Below, one piece after another: positions 13,755-29,266 of a DNA stretch of 64,000 bases; position 1 is the stretch's first letter, and the number at the start of each line of letters is the position of its first letter. The position numbers and the translations under genes were made by a program. The notes under the pieces were generated by a model that was given only the letters and a program-made list of their open reading frames with translations, was not told the DNA's origin and ran no database searches. This stretch comes from the human T2T-CHM13v2.0 reference genome, Homo sapiens. The DNA lies in assembly GCF_009914755.1 (NCBI RefSeq), contig NC_060937.1; one strand, 5' to 3'.

Positions 13755-14695
13755 CAAGCGTAAATAAATTTACTAATTTATGAGACAATTTGGATAAGAA
13801 TGTGTGCCCTATATCCTGTTTTTTTGGAGTTGTGGGGTGAGAAAATGACTACGAAGGCACTTCGTAAATTATACAGTACTGTGCTATACAAATTTAAATT
13901 TATATTGACGTAAGAAGGCTTTTGATATAAAATGGAAAAGGAAGGAAAGTTGGATTTTGAAAATGCAATGAATATGTAATTCAGCTTTTATAGAGCATTT
14001 CAAAACACCGGAATGACAAAGATGAAGTTGAAAATATTCAAAATACACATTTAGCTCAACGACTTGTTAGAGTAATGAGCAGTTCCTTTTAAAACAGGAC
14101 ATTCTATATCATAAATGACTTATCTAAGTGCATAAGTCTTTCCCGTAGACCATCAGGAAACCTTTTTTCCTCCTAGGGATTTGGCATAGATCAAGGTTTG
14201 AGGTGTTTTGTTTTTTTTTTTTCCCATTGCTTTACCCTTTTGAGAAAATTATCATGAAATTAATATTTTAAATTTTGTGTTCATGACTGTATATGATAGA
14301 GATAAATTATAGCTACAGGTTAATATGTCCTGAAAGTGACCTGAGAATGTAATTTTTCTTCATTTAAGAAAATGAAGAAAATTTCTGATTTGAGAAGACT
14401 GTTGAATTGTTCTATTCATACTTGGTTTTGCAGTTAATTACAAAGAAAGCACGAAGTTACTTTAGAATAGAAAATAAAATCTTCCAGAATCTAAAGTTTG
14501 CATTGCAATAAGATCTACTGGCAGAATAATTTTTGCTTCTTAATGAGCTGATTTTCATATGTGAAGCCTAGTACTGATCAACTCCAGGATATGACAGATT
14601 TCCATGGCTTGAGACCTGGAATACATGGAACTTCTGGGCTGGAGTAGGTCTTGGAGGAAGGTCAATAAGCTGATAGAAAACCCTAAGATTCACAC

Positions 14696-15219
14696 TGTGA
14701 TTTTCACGCTTTGACATTTGTGGACTTGCTGACCCTGAAGGAACTGCCTCTCCTAGGGTTAGCTAATTCCTAGAGTTAGTAAATGACTCACCTTCCAGCA
14801 CACTTTTTGTATGCAAACCAACCTATCTAGAGCCCACACCCCTAACTACTTGCTTTAGTGGGCTCTTGCAATATAGTCCACTATCCCACTGCTTTAATCA
14901 CTCCAGGGCCAGAAACCAGACAACTGCCCCAGGGCCTGCTGAAATGATTCAAACTGGCCAGTCCTAAACCTGCTTACCCTGTCTCACTGGTTTCTTTCCA
15001 TGGATACCACAATAAAGGCTCTTGGCCGTGTTTTCCCCTCTCCCTTGGCTTCCTGACTGACCCCTGTGCTTCCCTTTGTGGCCCGGTGTGGTGTGGCCTG
15101 CTTCTTATTTCCAGGGATCTCCCAGGGAGCATAAAATCCTTCTTTTTCATGATGGTTGTTTATGTGTCTGCTTGTCTTACTGTACTTGCCTAAAACAAAG
15201 CCTGGGTATCCTTAAAACA
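14696..15219 (+). mobile_element. Old ERV solo LTR (family uncertain; MER21/MER68/MER77-like)
   Basis: TG...CA ends, internal AATAAA at ~15011, and LTR-like gctaattcctagag / tatgcaaaccaacc motifs. Confidence 0.55.
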
Positions 15220-15620
15220 GTTATCAAGATTGGAAAGGACACAATAATGTACAGGGCAAATAATGTAATTATTTGCACAGGACAAATAATGTAATTAACC
15301 AAAGGCATAAAGATGGAAAAAAAAAAAAAAAAGAAAAAGAAAGAAGAAAAGTGCAGAAGCCAGTGATCAGAGTACAGGTGCAAAGTCAGATTGAGACTAG
15401 ACATAGGATCAGACTAATTTGTGCTGTCACACCCATGATGTGACATGGATGTGGATTGATTTGAGAGATTGGAGTCGGATCAAGTCTCCAAGTCACATGG
15501 TTCTAAGCTGTGGAAAGACATGGAAGTAGGAGGAGGGAGGGAGAGAAGGGAAGGGTTTACAGCTGTGAAACCCAGCAAAACCTGACACAGACAATTCCTT
15601 ATAATTTAAGTAATATTATA

Positions 15621-15996
<376 letters not shown>

Positions 15997-16399
15997 CTAT
16001 TGCTAACTAGATTGATTGGTTCATTCATGCTTGTACATAGCCCAATACCAGACCCTGTGAAGAATACAAATTGAGTAGAATACTTGGTCCTGGCTTGCAA
16101 AGAATGAAATCATCATTATGTAACTCATGGACAAAATGACTTGGAAATATTTACATCACAACATTTTAGTTAATTCCTGGTATTGTAATCAGAACTATTT
16201 ATAAAATTGCTGAAGAAGGCATTTGCAGTAATGAACAAGGCAGGCAGTGAAGGGTTTATATTGACTGAAGTGATGGGGTGATATTGGATTGGTTGTAGAG
16301 CTGTATATAGAGGGTTCTGAAAATATGCTAGGCTGAGGAAATTATTTTTGATTCAATATAAAATTTAGAATTACTTAAAACTCTTAAGTAGTAGTAGTT

Positions 16400-16792
16400 G
16401 TTAAAGTATTAACGTCCAATAAATTCTCTGATACTCTTTCCTTGAAGATGTGAAGCTTAATGCATCCCTTCATGCCCTGTATTGGCTTTAATGACTTGAT
16501 TCTAATTAATAGAGTACAACCGAAGAGGAGATGAGATGCCCCTTCTGAGTTTAGGTTATAAAAGGACTGTGGCTTTTGTTTCAGTGTACATGCTCTCTGT
16601 CTGTCTCTTGCTCTCTCTCTCTCTCTCCACTTACTCTGGGGGAAGCTGTGTTCTCAGCAGCACTATAGAGAAGCCTACTTGGCAAGAAGTTGAAACCTCC
16701 TTCCAACAGCAGTGTGAGTGAGCTTGGAAAAGGATCCTTCAGCCCCAGTCAGCTCTTTACAGACAGCAGCCTTGTGAGAGACCCTGAGCCAG
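16400..16792 (+). mobile_element. MLT1-type MaLR LTR fragment
   Basis: aggttataaaaggactgtggctt...ggatccttcagccccagtc...cagccttgtgagagaccctgagccag. Confidence 0.65.
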
Positions 16793-16829
16793 ATATGAAC
16801 ACTAACAAAAATGAAAAAACAGAGTAGGG

Positions 16830-17790
16830 TGATATTTTTAAGAAGATAAGAGACAATCTGATCACAGAGCACAGGAAGTATCTCATCTATCTTCTTCCCT
16901 TTTTAACCAAAATGAAGGCAGCGTATTTGAGTACAGATACAGGATGGTTGGTGGAATTGACAGTTGAAAGATGGGATAGTTCTAATCTGATTGCATCTCT
17001 TTTCTCTATGAAGTACAAAGCAAGGTCATTAGCTGAGAGTCGTGAGGAAAGGGAAGGAATGTCGGAAATTTGAGAAGAGCAGAGATGTGAATAATTATCT
17101 TAGAAGTTGGGAAAACACATTTCCTAGGGAAGTAAGTTGTCTGGCAGTATTGAGTTCTGTTTTGAGATCTGTGATTATACATTTGAAATCAGTCCAGTTA
17201 GAATGGTTCTGTAATTTTCTTCAGTAACATTTAACTGTTCGGATAGAGGCAAAATTACACAATTGGGTTTAACCAGCACTGGAGTTTTACCCAGTGAGTA
17301 GCAAGGGAGTTATGGATATTTGCAAGGGAACATTTTAGTGCCAGATCTTGTCATTTGTTGGGATATAAGCAAGGATATGAGGTTGGGTGATACACAATAA
17401 GAAAAGTGGTAGGGTCAATATTATATGTTAAGGTTGATGATAGTATGGGGGTTGTAGGAGTAGGAGTGCTGGAGAGTTGGTGTAAGTGTGCTGGACTGTA
17501 GGAGATAATGGTCAAAGAAAAGGGCATTTGAAATTGAGATGCTGGAGTGGAGACTATTCCTTGTATGGTCTCTGTAAATGGCTGCCTAAGATGGGGCAAT
17601 GAGTGATCATTGGTGCTAAGAAGGTGAAAGAATGGTCGGGACAAGGTGTTGGATGGGTTATCCATGAGAATATTGATGTCAAAAATGATGATAAAAGTAG
17701 AGTTGGAGAGGAATGTAGAGTTGGACCTCCTGGTGCTGTAGGTCAGGAGGTCCACAGTGCTAGCCCCAGGGGTGAAGGGTGACAATGATA
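16830..17790 (-). mobile_element. L2 LINE internal fragment including an endonuclease-domain remnant
   Basis: Track ORF 17351..17785 reads IIIFDINILMDNPSNTLSRPFFHLLSTND, resembling the L2/CR1 EN motif (ILGDFNIHVDxPSNTLASQFLDLLSSND). Confidence 0.65.
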
Positions 17791-17883
17791 TGACATGTGC
17801 TCCAGAAGACTGTGGGAATATAATTATTCTTTCCTCTGCAAGTCAGACTTCTCAGCTGTTCAGTATTGCAGGACTGTGGGAAG

Positions 17884-18969
17884 TGTTGCAGGAAGTCAGG
17901 GACCCCAAATAGAGGGACTGGCTGAAGCCATGGCAGAAGAACATAAATTGTGAAGATTTCATGGACATTTATTAGTTCCCCAAATTAATACATTTATAAT
18001 TTCTTACGCCTGTCTTTACTGCGGTTTCTGAACATAAATTGTGAAGATTTTGTGGACATTTATCACTTCCCCAATCAATACTCTTATAATTTCCTATGCC
18101 TGTCTTTAATTTAATCTCTTAATCCCATCATCTTCGTAAGCTGAGGATATATGTTGCCTCAGGACCCTGTGATGATTGCATTAACTGCACAAATTGTTCG
18201 TAAAGCATGTGTATTTGAACAATATGAAATCTGGGCACCTTGAAAAAAGAACAGGATAACAGCAATGTTCAGGGAACAAGGGAGGTAACCATTAGGTCTG
18301 ACTGCCTGGGAGCTGGGCAGGACAGACTCATATTTCTCTTATTGCCGAAAACGGGTAAGAGAAATATCGCTGAATTATTTCCCTAGTAAGGAATATTAAT
18401 AATTAACAGTCCTGGAAAAAGAATGCATTCCCAGGGGGAGGCCTCAAAAATGGCTGCTCTGGGAGTGTCTGCCTTATGCAGTTGTAGATAGGGATGAAAC
18501 ACACCCTAGTCTCCTGTAGCGCCCCCAGGCTTGCTAGGATTAGGAAATTCCAGCCTGGCGAATTCTAGTCAGACCGGTTTTCTGCTCTTGAACTCTGTTA
18601 AGATGTTTATCAGTGACGATGCGTGCACAGTGGGACATGAAACTTCATCAGCAATTCTAGTTTTGCCCTGGCCTTGTGACCTTGCCCTGCCCATTTGCCT
18701 TGTGATATTTTATTGCCCTTGAAGCATGTGATCTCTGTGACCCACACTTTATTCGTACACTCCCTCCCCTTTGAAAATCACTAATAAAAACTTGCTGGTT
18801 TTGTGGCTCGGGGGCATCATGGAACCTGCCAACATGTGATGTCTTCCCCGGACACCCAGCTTTAAAATTTCTCTCTTTTGTACTCTTTCCCTTTATTCTC
18901 AGACCAGCCGACACTTAGGGAAAATAGAAAAGAACCCATGTTAAAATATTGGGGGCTGGTTCCCCGATA
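17884..18969 (+). mobile_element. MER11 solo LTR (HERV-K11 / HML-8)
   Basis: Starts TGTTGCAGGAAGTCAGGGACCCC and ends TTCCCCGATA. Duplicated GAACATAAATTGTGAAGATTT block, AATAAA at 18783, and GGAAG on both flanks. Confidence 0.92.
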
Positions 18970-19204
18970 GGAAGGAAAGAGGTAAAGGACAGAGAAGAGA
19001 GCAGAAAATAAAAAATAGGAAAGATAGAAAAGAAGTAGCCACAGGAAGTTAAAGAAAGCATTGGAAGAACCTGAATCCTGCTCTGTAGAGAAGGGTAAAA
19101 AGCTCCTCATCCTTCAGTATCCCATCAGGTGCATGGGAACTCCAGGACAGTAAGGAGGTCACAGGGCAGCATTCCATGAAAGGTTAAATCTGTGACAACC
19201 ACTC

Positions 19205-19257
19205 CTATCTCTATCTCTATCTCTATCTCTATCTCTATCTCTATCTCTATCTCTATC
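19205..19257. repeat. (CTATCT)n hexanucleotide repeat, about 9 copies
   Basis: Read directly. Confidence 0.95.
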
Positions 19258-20294
19258 CCTCTATCATCTGGATCTTTATATTGTAACTATGTTTATGTTT
19301 AACTCTATCATAGTTAGCAAGAAATGGTTAAAAATTGTTCAGCATTCATTCTTTATGGGGGAGAAAGCAGAAGCATGAACAGTATTTGTAAAGTTGGCTA
19401 TCTAAAGGCATTTTTACATTTTAATCTTTGGTGAGGGACAGGTTTGTCACAAGCATTGCCCGATACATGAGATTTTCCGGTAGACAGATGACCTCACAGA
19501 GAATAGGGTCTGACTATTGGATGTGAGCTGGGCCCTAGTGTCTGGAAACCAACTGTGACTCAGCAGATCGTATGTCAGTGTGTGAGTGGATAGGTCTCTG
19601 GGAAATAGAGGTTTCTTGAGGAGGCAACTCACGTTCATAAAAATGGGTTAGACTATTTGAAACCACTTGTGGTTTTGATGAGATGGGCTGGAAGAAGGAT
19701 GCATTAGAGGATAATTATTACAGTTTCCAAAAGGTTATGCATTGCTTATGTGTGCAAGGGAACTCATTCACAGATTGGCCTGTGTTTTGTCTAAAGCTTG
19801 ATTCTCTCCACATTTAGAAAGCTACTTACATTTATCAGAATCTGATATCTGTTTGTTCTGTTCTGGAGAAGTGTTAGAGAAAGTAAAATAAGTTGCACTG
19901 GTGTTAGTGACTTTGAGGTATCAGGGAAGTCAAAGGGGATGAAGGAAAGGCCTAGAAATGAAGATCCAAAAGTGGCCCAAGATAGCTGGGATAGGAGGGT
20001 GCAGATGGTGAGCTATGCACCTCAGTCAGTTGTTTATTAAGTCCTTACATCTAGTGTTCAGTAATATGGCATGTCCTGGGCAATGTGAACCACTATCTAA
20101 GTTATGATATGAGCAGGTTGGAAGTGCCGGGTACTGGGCTGGGCATTGGAAATAAAAAGGTGAATCAGATATTTTCTTTTTTCTCAATGAAATTACAGTG
20201 GGCAGCCACCAGTATGCAGTGAGGGATGTGCTGTGGTGTGGGCACAGAGCTGCAAAGCACAGAGGCAGAGCATAGCCAGAGTGGGAGAGGCTTC

Positions 20295-21034
20295 TGAATT
20301 AGTCCATTTTGTGTTGCTATAAAGGAATACGTGAGGCTGGGTAATTTTAAAGAAGAGAAGTTTATTTGGCTCACAGTTCTGCTGGCTATATAAGCATGGC
20401 ACTAGCTTCTGCTTGGCTTCTGGTGAGGCCTCAGGAAGCTTACAATTATGGAAGAAGGCAAAGGAGGAGCAGGCACATCACATGGCAAGAGAGGGAGCAA
20501 GAGAAAGAGGAGGAGGTGCCAAGCTCCTTTAAACAACCAGCTCTCTTGTAAACTAACAGAGTGAGACTCACTTGTGATCATGTGGAGGACACCAAGCCCT
20601 TCATGAGGGACCCACCCCCATGACCCAAACACCCCCCTCCAGGCCTCACCTTGAACATAGGGGATCACATTTCTTTTCTTTTTTAATTTGTGTGTGTGTT
20701 TTTTTTTTTTTGAGACGGTGTCTCACTCTGTCGCCCAGGCTGGAGTGCAGTGGCACCATCTTGGCTCACTGCAAGCTCCGCCTCCCAGGTTCACGCCATT
20801 CTCCTGCCTCAGCCTCCTGAGTAGCTGGGACTAGAGGTGCCCACCACCATGCCCGGCTAATTTTTTGTATTTTTAGTAGAGATGGGGTTTCACCATGGCC
20901 TCAATCTCCTGACCTCCTGATCCCCCCGCCTCGGCCTCCCAAAGTGTTGGGATTACAGGCGTGAGCCACCACGCCTGGCCGGGGATCACATTTCAACATG
21001 AGATTTGGAGGGGACAAATATCCAAACTGTATCA
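20295..21034 (-). mobile_element. MST-type MaLR LTR interrupted by an AluY
   Basis: attagtccattttgtgttgctataaaggaatac...catgagatttggaggggacaaatatccaaactgtatca. Confidence 0.85.
20674..20980 (-). mobile_element. AluY with a 12-bp left-arm deletion (Yd-lineage-like)
   Basis: AluY diagnostics (ctgcaagctccgcc, ttcacgccattc). Perfect 14-bp TSD GGGGATCACATTTC at 20660-20673 and 20981-20994. Confidence 0.9.
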
Positions 21035-22707
21035 ACCTTTTTGGAGGAAATGGTTGAATTATAAAGGGTCATCAGAATTCAGAATAAAGAGTGGTTAATT
21101 TTCCTTGAGGGGTGTGGTGAAGACTTCAGAAGCAGTAATTCAGGCACTGTGCACAACTTACTTACCTTTCCAAGGAACTTTTCCCAGATCATTTTCTCAC
21201 CATTCTTCCCCCATTTGTGTCCTGATGTGTCTTGATGACATGCTGTTTGCTACACATTGACTAGTATAAAGATATACCATAGGTGATTTATTATTAAAAA
21301 TATTAGAAGTACCATGGTTTATGAAAAATGCTTATTTTAAAAAATAAAATTAAAATTCTAGTTGACTGTGCAGGATCACTCCCATGTTCTGTAATGCTTT
21401 CTTGAGTGAGATACAAAGGGGGTAGATTTACAATGTGTCCTAAAGGAAAAAGGTTGATTACTCCATTTTTAGCATATATAATTAAGAACAGATGAACAAT
21501 ACTATTCAATTATCATATAGCTTAATTACTTCTGAATGTGCACATTAAGGCACATAACCTTCTAAGGCTAACTGCCTACTTCCAAAGACAATTTGAGGTG
21601 GCTTGCAGAATTAAAATAGGACAATTAAAAATATGAGTAAAACTAAAACCAATGAAAAGGAACAGAATAATGTGTGTGCCAGACATCTAGGTATAATTCA
21701 TTTTTGCAGTTAAACAGGAACTTAAGCTTTTAATATCTTGGCTGCTAAGGCAAATAAATAAAACAGAGAGCCCTTGTCATTGGGTTAAGTTTGTCTCAGA
21801 AAAAAAAATTCCTTTTTTTCTGACCTCTGGAAGGAATTTTTTGCTTAAAGGGACATGGGATGACATCCTGAACCGTGTTTCCACAATAGTTTTGCAGAAG
21901 ACACAGGAATATTCTTCAAAAGACTGTTTTTCACATCCACTCTATGAAACAGAGATTTTGGTATATCAGCAATAAGCAACTAGACAATATAATGAAAATA
22001 TCTCATTCACTGTAGTGACAAAGATATAAAATATAAGGGAATAAGCTTCGTTAAGGATGACTGTGACCTACATAAAGAGAACTGCAGATTTCATTGGAGA
22101 TAAATTGAGGCTTGAATGAATAGACAAATGTTTTCTGAATGGAAGAAACCATATTATAAAAATTTACAATTTATAAATTTAAGAAAAGAAATTACTAGTC
22201 CTTTTTTGACAAAATCATTCTAAAATGGTTTGAAAAAAGTTAGGATACCCTAAGTATTCCTGAAGAAGAAAAGTGATGAGGTAGAGTTAGTCCCAGATAT
22301 AAACCATGTTGGAAACAAAATTAAAACTACATCTCTGGATGCATAGCTCGAAGTATACATAAATAGGACAGAAAGCCCCAGAAATAGATACAATTATATT
22401 TATGAGTTGAATGTGTGATATAGTAGTCCTTACAGAATGGTAGGGAAAAGAATGCTCATTTAATAACCAGTTTCCCACAATATTTAGAAACACAGCAAAC
22501 TCTTTTAGATCTGTATTGCATAATTATGTAACAACCTGCATCCCAGATGAATTTAATAGTTAAAGAAAATAATATAAGCTTTGGGATAATGTAAAATTGG
22601 GCATATTTATGTTCCTTGGAAAGAATGAATCTTTCTAGTGTGTTAAGGGATAAAAGGAAGCACAAGGGAAAACATGAAAGATTTATCTATATTTAAATGG
22701 TGAAACA

Positions 22708-23192
<485 letters not shown>

Positions 23193-24427
23193 CTAGTTTA
23201 TTTAGTCAGGGATGCAGGGTTTTATTGGAGTGGGGAGGTCACATAGAGCAGGAGCAGATGTAGTGAATTCCAACAGCTCTCTTCTGTCTTGGGGACTTCT
23301 AGTTTGGTAAGGGTGTAGGGCTGCTGCAATGGGCACTGCCCTCATGGTGTGTGTGGTGTTCCTCCAGATCCGAGGAGATCAGGTGGTGCTAGACCTCAAG
23401 CCTGTTTATGCTCAGGGCTTAAATCACCATCCAAGGATGAGTCACACAAACACGGATTCACTTAAATTTAAGGAGGTGTTTACAATAATCAAGCTCTCCT
23501 GTTCTTGAGCCAAACTTAGCCTCCTCAAGGTCACAGACTATCTATGGGGAGAAGCCAGACTCAGAGCTGAGGCCAGGTATCTCTGAGCAGGAGCTCAGTG
23601 ACTTGTTTTCTAGAAGTTTGGAAAGCACACCCCTGCCCCCCCTTAACAGATTGACAGAGTATGACAGGAAAGGATTATTGACTTTCTTAAAGGCATTCAA
23701 ACTGGTGGAAAACATTATTACATTCTTAATAGATAATTGGGCAAAGCTTATGTACAGTTGTTTCATTAAGAACCTTAGTAAATAAATAACTAGAAAAATA
23801 TTAACCTCATCTGTAAGCAATGCAAGTAAAATATAAATTAAGAAAATAACATAGCTTACACTTACTAAATGAGTAAACATTAAAAAGCATAGATATAATA
23901 TTCGGTTCTCATGAAATTATGGTGAAATGGGTTCATTTGTAAATTTGGAACCTTCCATTGCTGGTTTTTGGAAAGGAGTCTGACTATATATTAGGAATCA
24001 AAAACCTGCCCATGGATGTTTGTACCAGGAATCTCACCTCTGGAAATTTATCCTAAGGAAATAATTCAAGAGAAGAAAAGACAGAAAGTATATGCACTAA
24101 TATATTCATTTTACCATTATTTATAATGGCAAAAAGTTGGAAAAGTGGAACAACTAGGAATTTGGATAGTAGGGGAATGGTTAAACTATGGTACAACAAA
24201 TTGATGTAATATTATGCCCCCATTAAAATGATAATTATGAAGAGCCGCGTATTAGGATATGTTTGAGGCACTGTTAAATTAAAGAAGACACAAAATAGTA
24301 TCTATTTAGTGATCAGCTTTCTATACTTATGGTCAGGTTCTACAAAGAAACATAATAAAATGAAAAAAGTTGTGAAAATGTGGGTAATTTTAATTTCTTT
24401 TCTATTTTCTTTATTAATATAATAATT

Positions 24428-24726
24428 CTTTTTTTTTTCTTTTCTAGTGACAGGATCAGTCTCTGTCACCCAGGCTGGACTGCAATTATGTGATCATAGC
24501 TCACTGCAGCCTCAAACTCCTGGGCCCAAGTGATCCTCCTGCCTCAGTCACCTGAGTAGCTTGGGCTACAAGGTTGTCACCGTGCCTGGCTAATTTTTTC
24601 ATTTTTTGATGCGATGGGATATCGCTGTGTTGCCCAGGATGGTCTCAAACTCCTGGCCTCAAGTAATCCTTCTCCCTTGGCCTCCTAAAGTACTGTGATT
24701 ACAGGGATGACCCACCGTTCCTGGCC
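24428..24726 (-). mobile_element. AluJ
   Basis: gatcatagctcactgcagcctcaaactcctgggc is a J-type diagnostic. Confidence 0.9.
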
Positions 24727-24751
24727 CTTTCTTTTCTTTATTACTATTAAA

Positions 24752-24990
24752 AGCAGCATGAAGTAGTGGTTAAGATTGTGGATTTGTATCCCAGTTCTGC
24801 TACTTACCAGCTGTGTGACTGGGGAAGGTAACTTACCATTTTTTGTGCCTCTGTTTGCTCATCTACGAAACAGGGATAATAATAGGGCCTACCTTATAGA
24901 GTTTTGAGGATTACATGAGCTAGTGTTTGCAAAGTGCTTAGAAAAGTGTCTGGTGTATATAAGGCCCTGTGCCAGTATTAGCTATTAGTA
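24752..24990 (+). mobile_element. MIR SINE
   Basis: cccagttctgctacttaccagctgtgtgac...tgtgcctctgtttgctcatctacgaaacagggataataata. Confidence 0.8.
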
Positions 24991-25550
24991 TACTGTTGCT
25001 TTTCATAAGATATAGATGGGTGTAAAAACCCCCAAATAAATAAAACACTGCTCTTGTCACAAAACACCATGCCCCCAGGCCTAGTAAATAGACATTGACT
25101 TCTCATAAATAAGTCTTTGTGTTGGGAGCGAAGCTATTGACACTGGACCATGACTTCTTTAGTGCAAGGACTCTACCTGTTTGTATTAACATTCTGGGTC
25201 ATGGTAGGCAATCAGTTTTTGACTGAATTTCTAGAGGTGTGACTTTTTGATTACTGGGTTTAATAGTTAGTCCAAGTTTAGGTAACCATAGGAATTGTTC
25301 TTCCTTGACCTTGTGCTGACCTTTGGCCCCATGTTCCTGCCTCCATTTCTGTGTGCTTGCTACTAGTTTTACAGGACATGGTTAAGGGGTCATTCTGTTG
25401 AAGGGGTCAGGGACTTTTTCTTGGCACAGACATGGAACCCTGTTGATAATGTCTGTTGTCACATTATATTACATTTTTGCATTAGTTGGAGCTGACATAC
25501 TTCCAAGTGGCAGAAATCAATCTAACTAGGCCATATTAAAAGTGGTGTTT

Positions 25551-26325
25551 TTATTTGTTTGTTTTACTTTAAGTTTCGGGATACACGTACAGAATGTACA
25601 GGTTTGTTACATAGGTGTACGTGTACCATGGTGGTTTGCTGCACCTATTGACCCATTCTCTAAGTTTCCTCCCCTCACACCCCATCCCCCAACAGGCCCT
25701 GGTATGTGTTGTTCCCCACCCTGTGTCCAGGGCTTTCATTGTTCAACTCCCACTTATGAGTGAGAACATGCGGTGTTTGGTTTTCTTTTCCTGTGTTAGT
25801 TTGCTGAGGATGATGGCTTCCAGCTTCATCTGTGTCCCTGCAAAGGGCATGATCTCATTCCTTTTTGTGGCTGCATAGTATTCCATGGTGTATATGTGTC
25901 ACATTTTCTTTATCCAGTCTATCATTGGGCATTCGGGTTGGTTCCATGACTTTGCTATTGTAAATAGTGCTGCAGTGAACATACACATGCAAGTATCTTT
26001 ATAGTAGAATGATTTATATTCCTTTGGGTATATACCCCATAATGGGATTGTTGGGTCAAATGGTATTTCTGGTTCTGGATCCTTGAGGAATCGCCATACT
26101 GTCTTCCACAACGGTTGAACTAATTTACATTCCCACCAACAGTGTAAAAGTTTTCCTGTTTCTCCACATCCTCGCCAGCATCAATTGTTTCTTGACTTTT
26201 TAATAATCACCATTCTCTGACTGGCATGAGATGGTATCTCATTGTGGTTTTGATTTGCATTCCTCTAATGATCAGTGATGTTGAGCTTTTATTCATATAT
26301 TTATTGGCCACATAAATGTCTTCTT
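25551..26325 (-). mobile_element. 5'-truncated L1PA (ORF2 C-terminus and 3'UTR)
   Basis: Track ORF WKTVWRFLKDPEPEIPFDPTIPLWGIYPKEYK. Perfect 15-bp TSD TTAAAAGTGGTGTTT at 25536-25550 and 26326-26340. Confidence 0.95.
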
Positions 26326-28072
26326 TTAAAAGTGGTGTTTATTTTTAAGGATGCTGGGGCAACACAGCAGCATCTCTGGAAAACAAGACAATAGAACAAC
26401 AGGTGACAGGAAGAGTCATAAGAACCTGGTCAGCTTCCGGGAACTCGGCCGCAGGAATTAGCTCTCCTTCAACGACTCGAGTGCATAGTCTGTTCACTTA
26501 CTGGCTTCTTTTACACTGCTACTACCTGAATTGCTACTCATAGGCCTGATTATATATTTTTGGCAGAGAAATCTGACTGGCCCACCTCACCTTTTTGTGA
26601 GGTCCCATGGATTGCCAATCAGCTATAGTCAGGTGTCTGCCCTGACCCAACTGTGGGGTGGGAGTGGCAGGAGGGAATATGCTGGTGATGATGTACACAT
26701 GTGGTCTCCCCTAATCAGCAGAGATTTTCCCTGAGGCAGGCTCTTTGAGAAAGAAACAACAGCATGGCAGACACCCCCAAAATGCGTTTAACGTGCAGTG
26801 AAATCTCCCATCCCCACTCCATTCCCAAACCATGAGGTTTCAGCAGCAGATAAGCGTATTATTCATCCATGAATTCTAAGCAATCAGGGTGGTGTCTGGC
26901 ATGCAGAAGGTGCTCAGTATGCACTATTGAACTGAACTTTCAGATACCTGATAGTTCACTCATTATAGCAAGTGATAAATTGCAGTAAATTTCCAATGAA
27001 TGCCTGAACATTGCTATTTTAAATTGTTGATGAGAGAGGAGGACTAGAGAGAGAGGTGCATGGAGCCAAACCACTGTTTTGTTGTGATTATGTTGGCACC
27101 TGACTTGTGTTCTTGCCATTCCACTTATTCAGAGAGGCTCAGGGAAACTCGAAGTAGGTAAAAATATGCTTAAGGAGAGATGAACATTTATATGAAGTAA
27201 GGGGAAAAGCTGGGGTTTTGGAGGATACACATTCATTTTGATGTTGAGCTTTATCATTGACTACATATATAAACTTCAGAAAGTCACTAAGCCCTGTGAT
27301 CTCCAATTTACTCATCTGTAAAATGAGATAAATAATTTAGCCTAGTTTTTAGGATTGCACATTTAAGATTGTGAAATAAAATTTCTGGTATAAGTAATTT
27401 AATTCTCTTCCCTTTCACTCTCCTTGCTTTGTACTTCCTTAAATGGTTTGAGAGTTATTTTGAATGGAGTCCTAGGAGTCCTTATTTCTGTAGCATGAAA
27501 GAGACTATTTTGGTCTGAATATTTCATAAGAGAAGAACTTTCAGGAAAACACTAACAAGATTAACATTGTAAGATGCCCCCTATGGTCTAAACACATCAA
27601 AATAAAGCAGAAGAATAACAAAAATCATAATAAGTATCACAAAGGGAAAATAACCTTTAAAAACAATAATTGCACATTTAAAATAAAGAAAACCAGTTGT
27701 AATTGCGAAAGTATTTTAACACCAAAGAGGAAGAACACATTTTCAGGACCAGGCATTTACATTGGTTGAGGTGGAAAACAAATATCAAGAATCAGAAAGA
27801 GATAAGATTGAATGATGATATTCACTGGAGAAGATAGAAAAGAAAACATAATATCTATGAAAATATGCAGTGATGATGAATGACTGCAGCACATGGAAAT
27901 GCTGCAGAAATGCCAAAAAATAAGGCAGGCAAGGAGGGGTAGGCTTAGAGCACTGAAGTGAAGCTTTATGTTAGTTGTAAACTATAATGTTAAGTGATTG
28001 AATTAAAAATATGTAATAGACTGCATGAATCTAGAAAATGGATTGAGATAAATCTGTGCCTAACAGGGACAT

Positions 28073-28774
<702 letters not shown>

Positions 28775-28925
28775 GATGCCAAAAGAAAATGATGGACAAT
28801 TTCCATGAAACCATATGAAGGAAGTAGAAACTTCCTCTGATTTGGAAAAGAAGAACTTGTGAAAGGAGAGATAGGAAAAATGTTGAAATGTGTTCTATCA
28901 ATACTAATTAAGAACATTAAAGATA

Positions 28926-29266
<341 letters not shown>

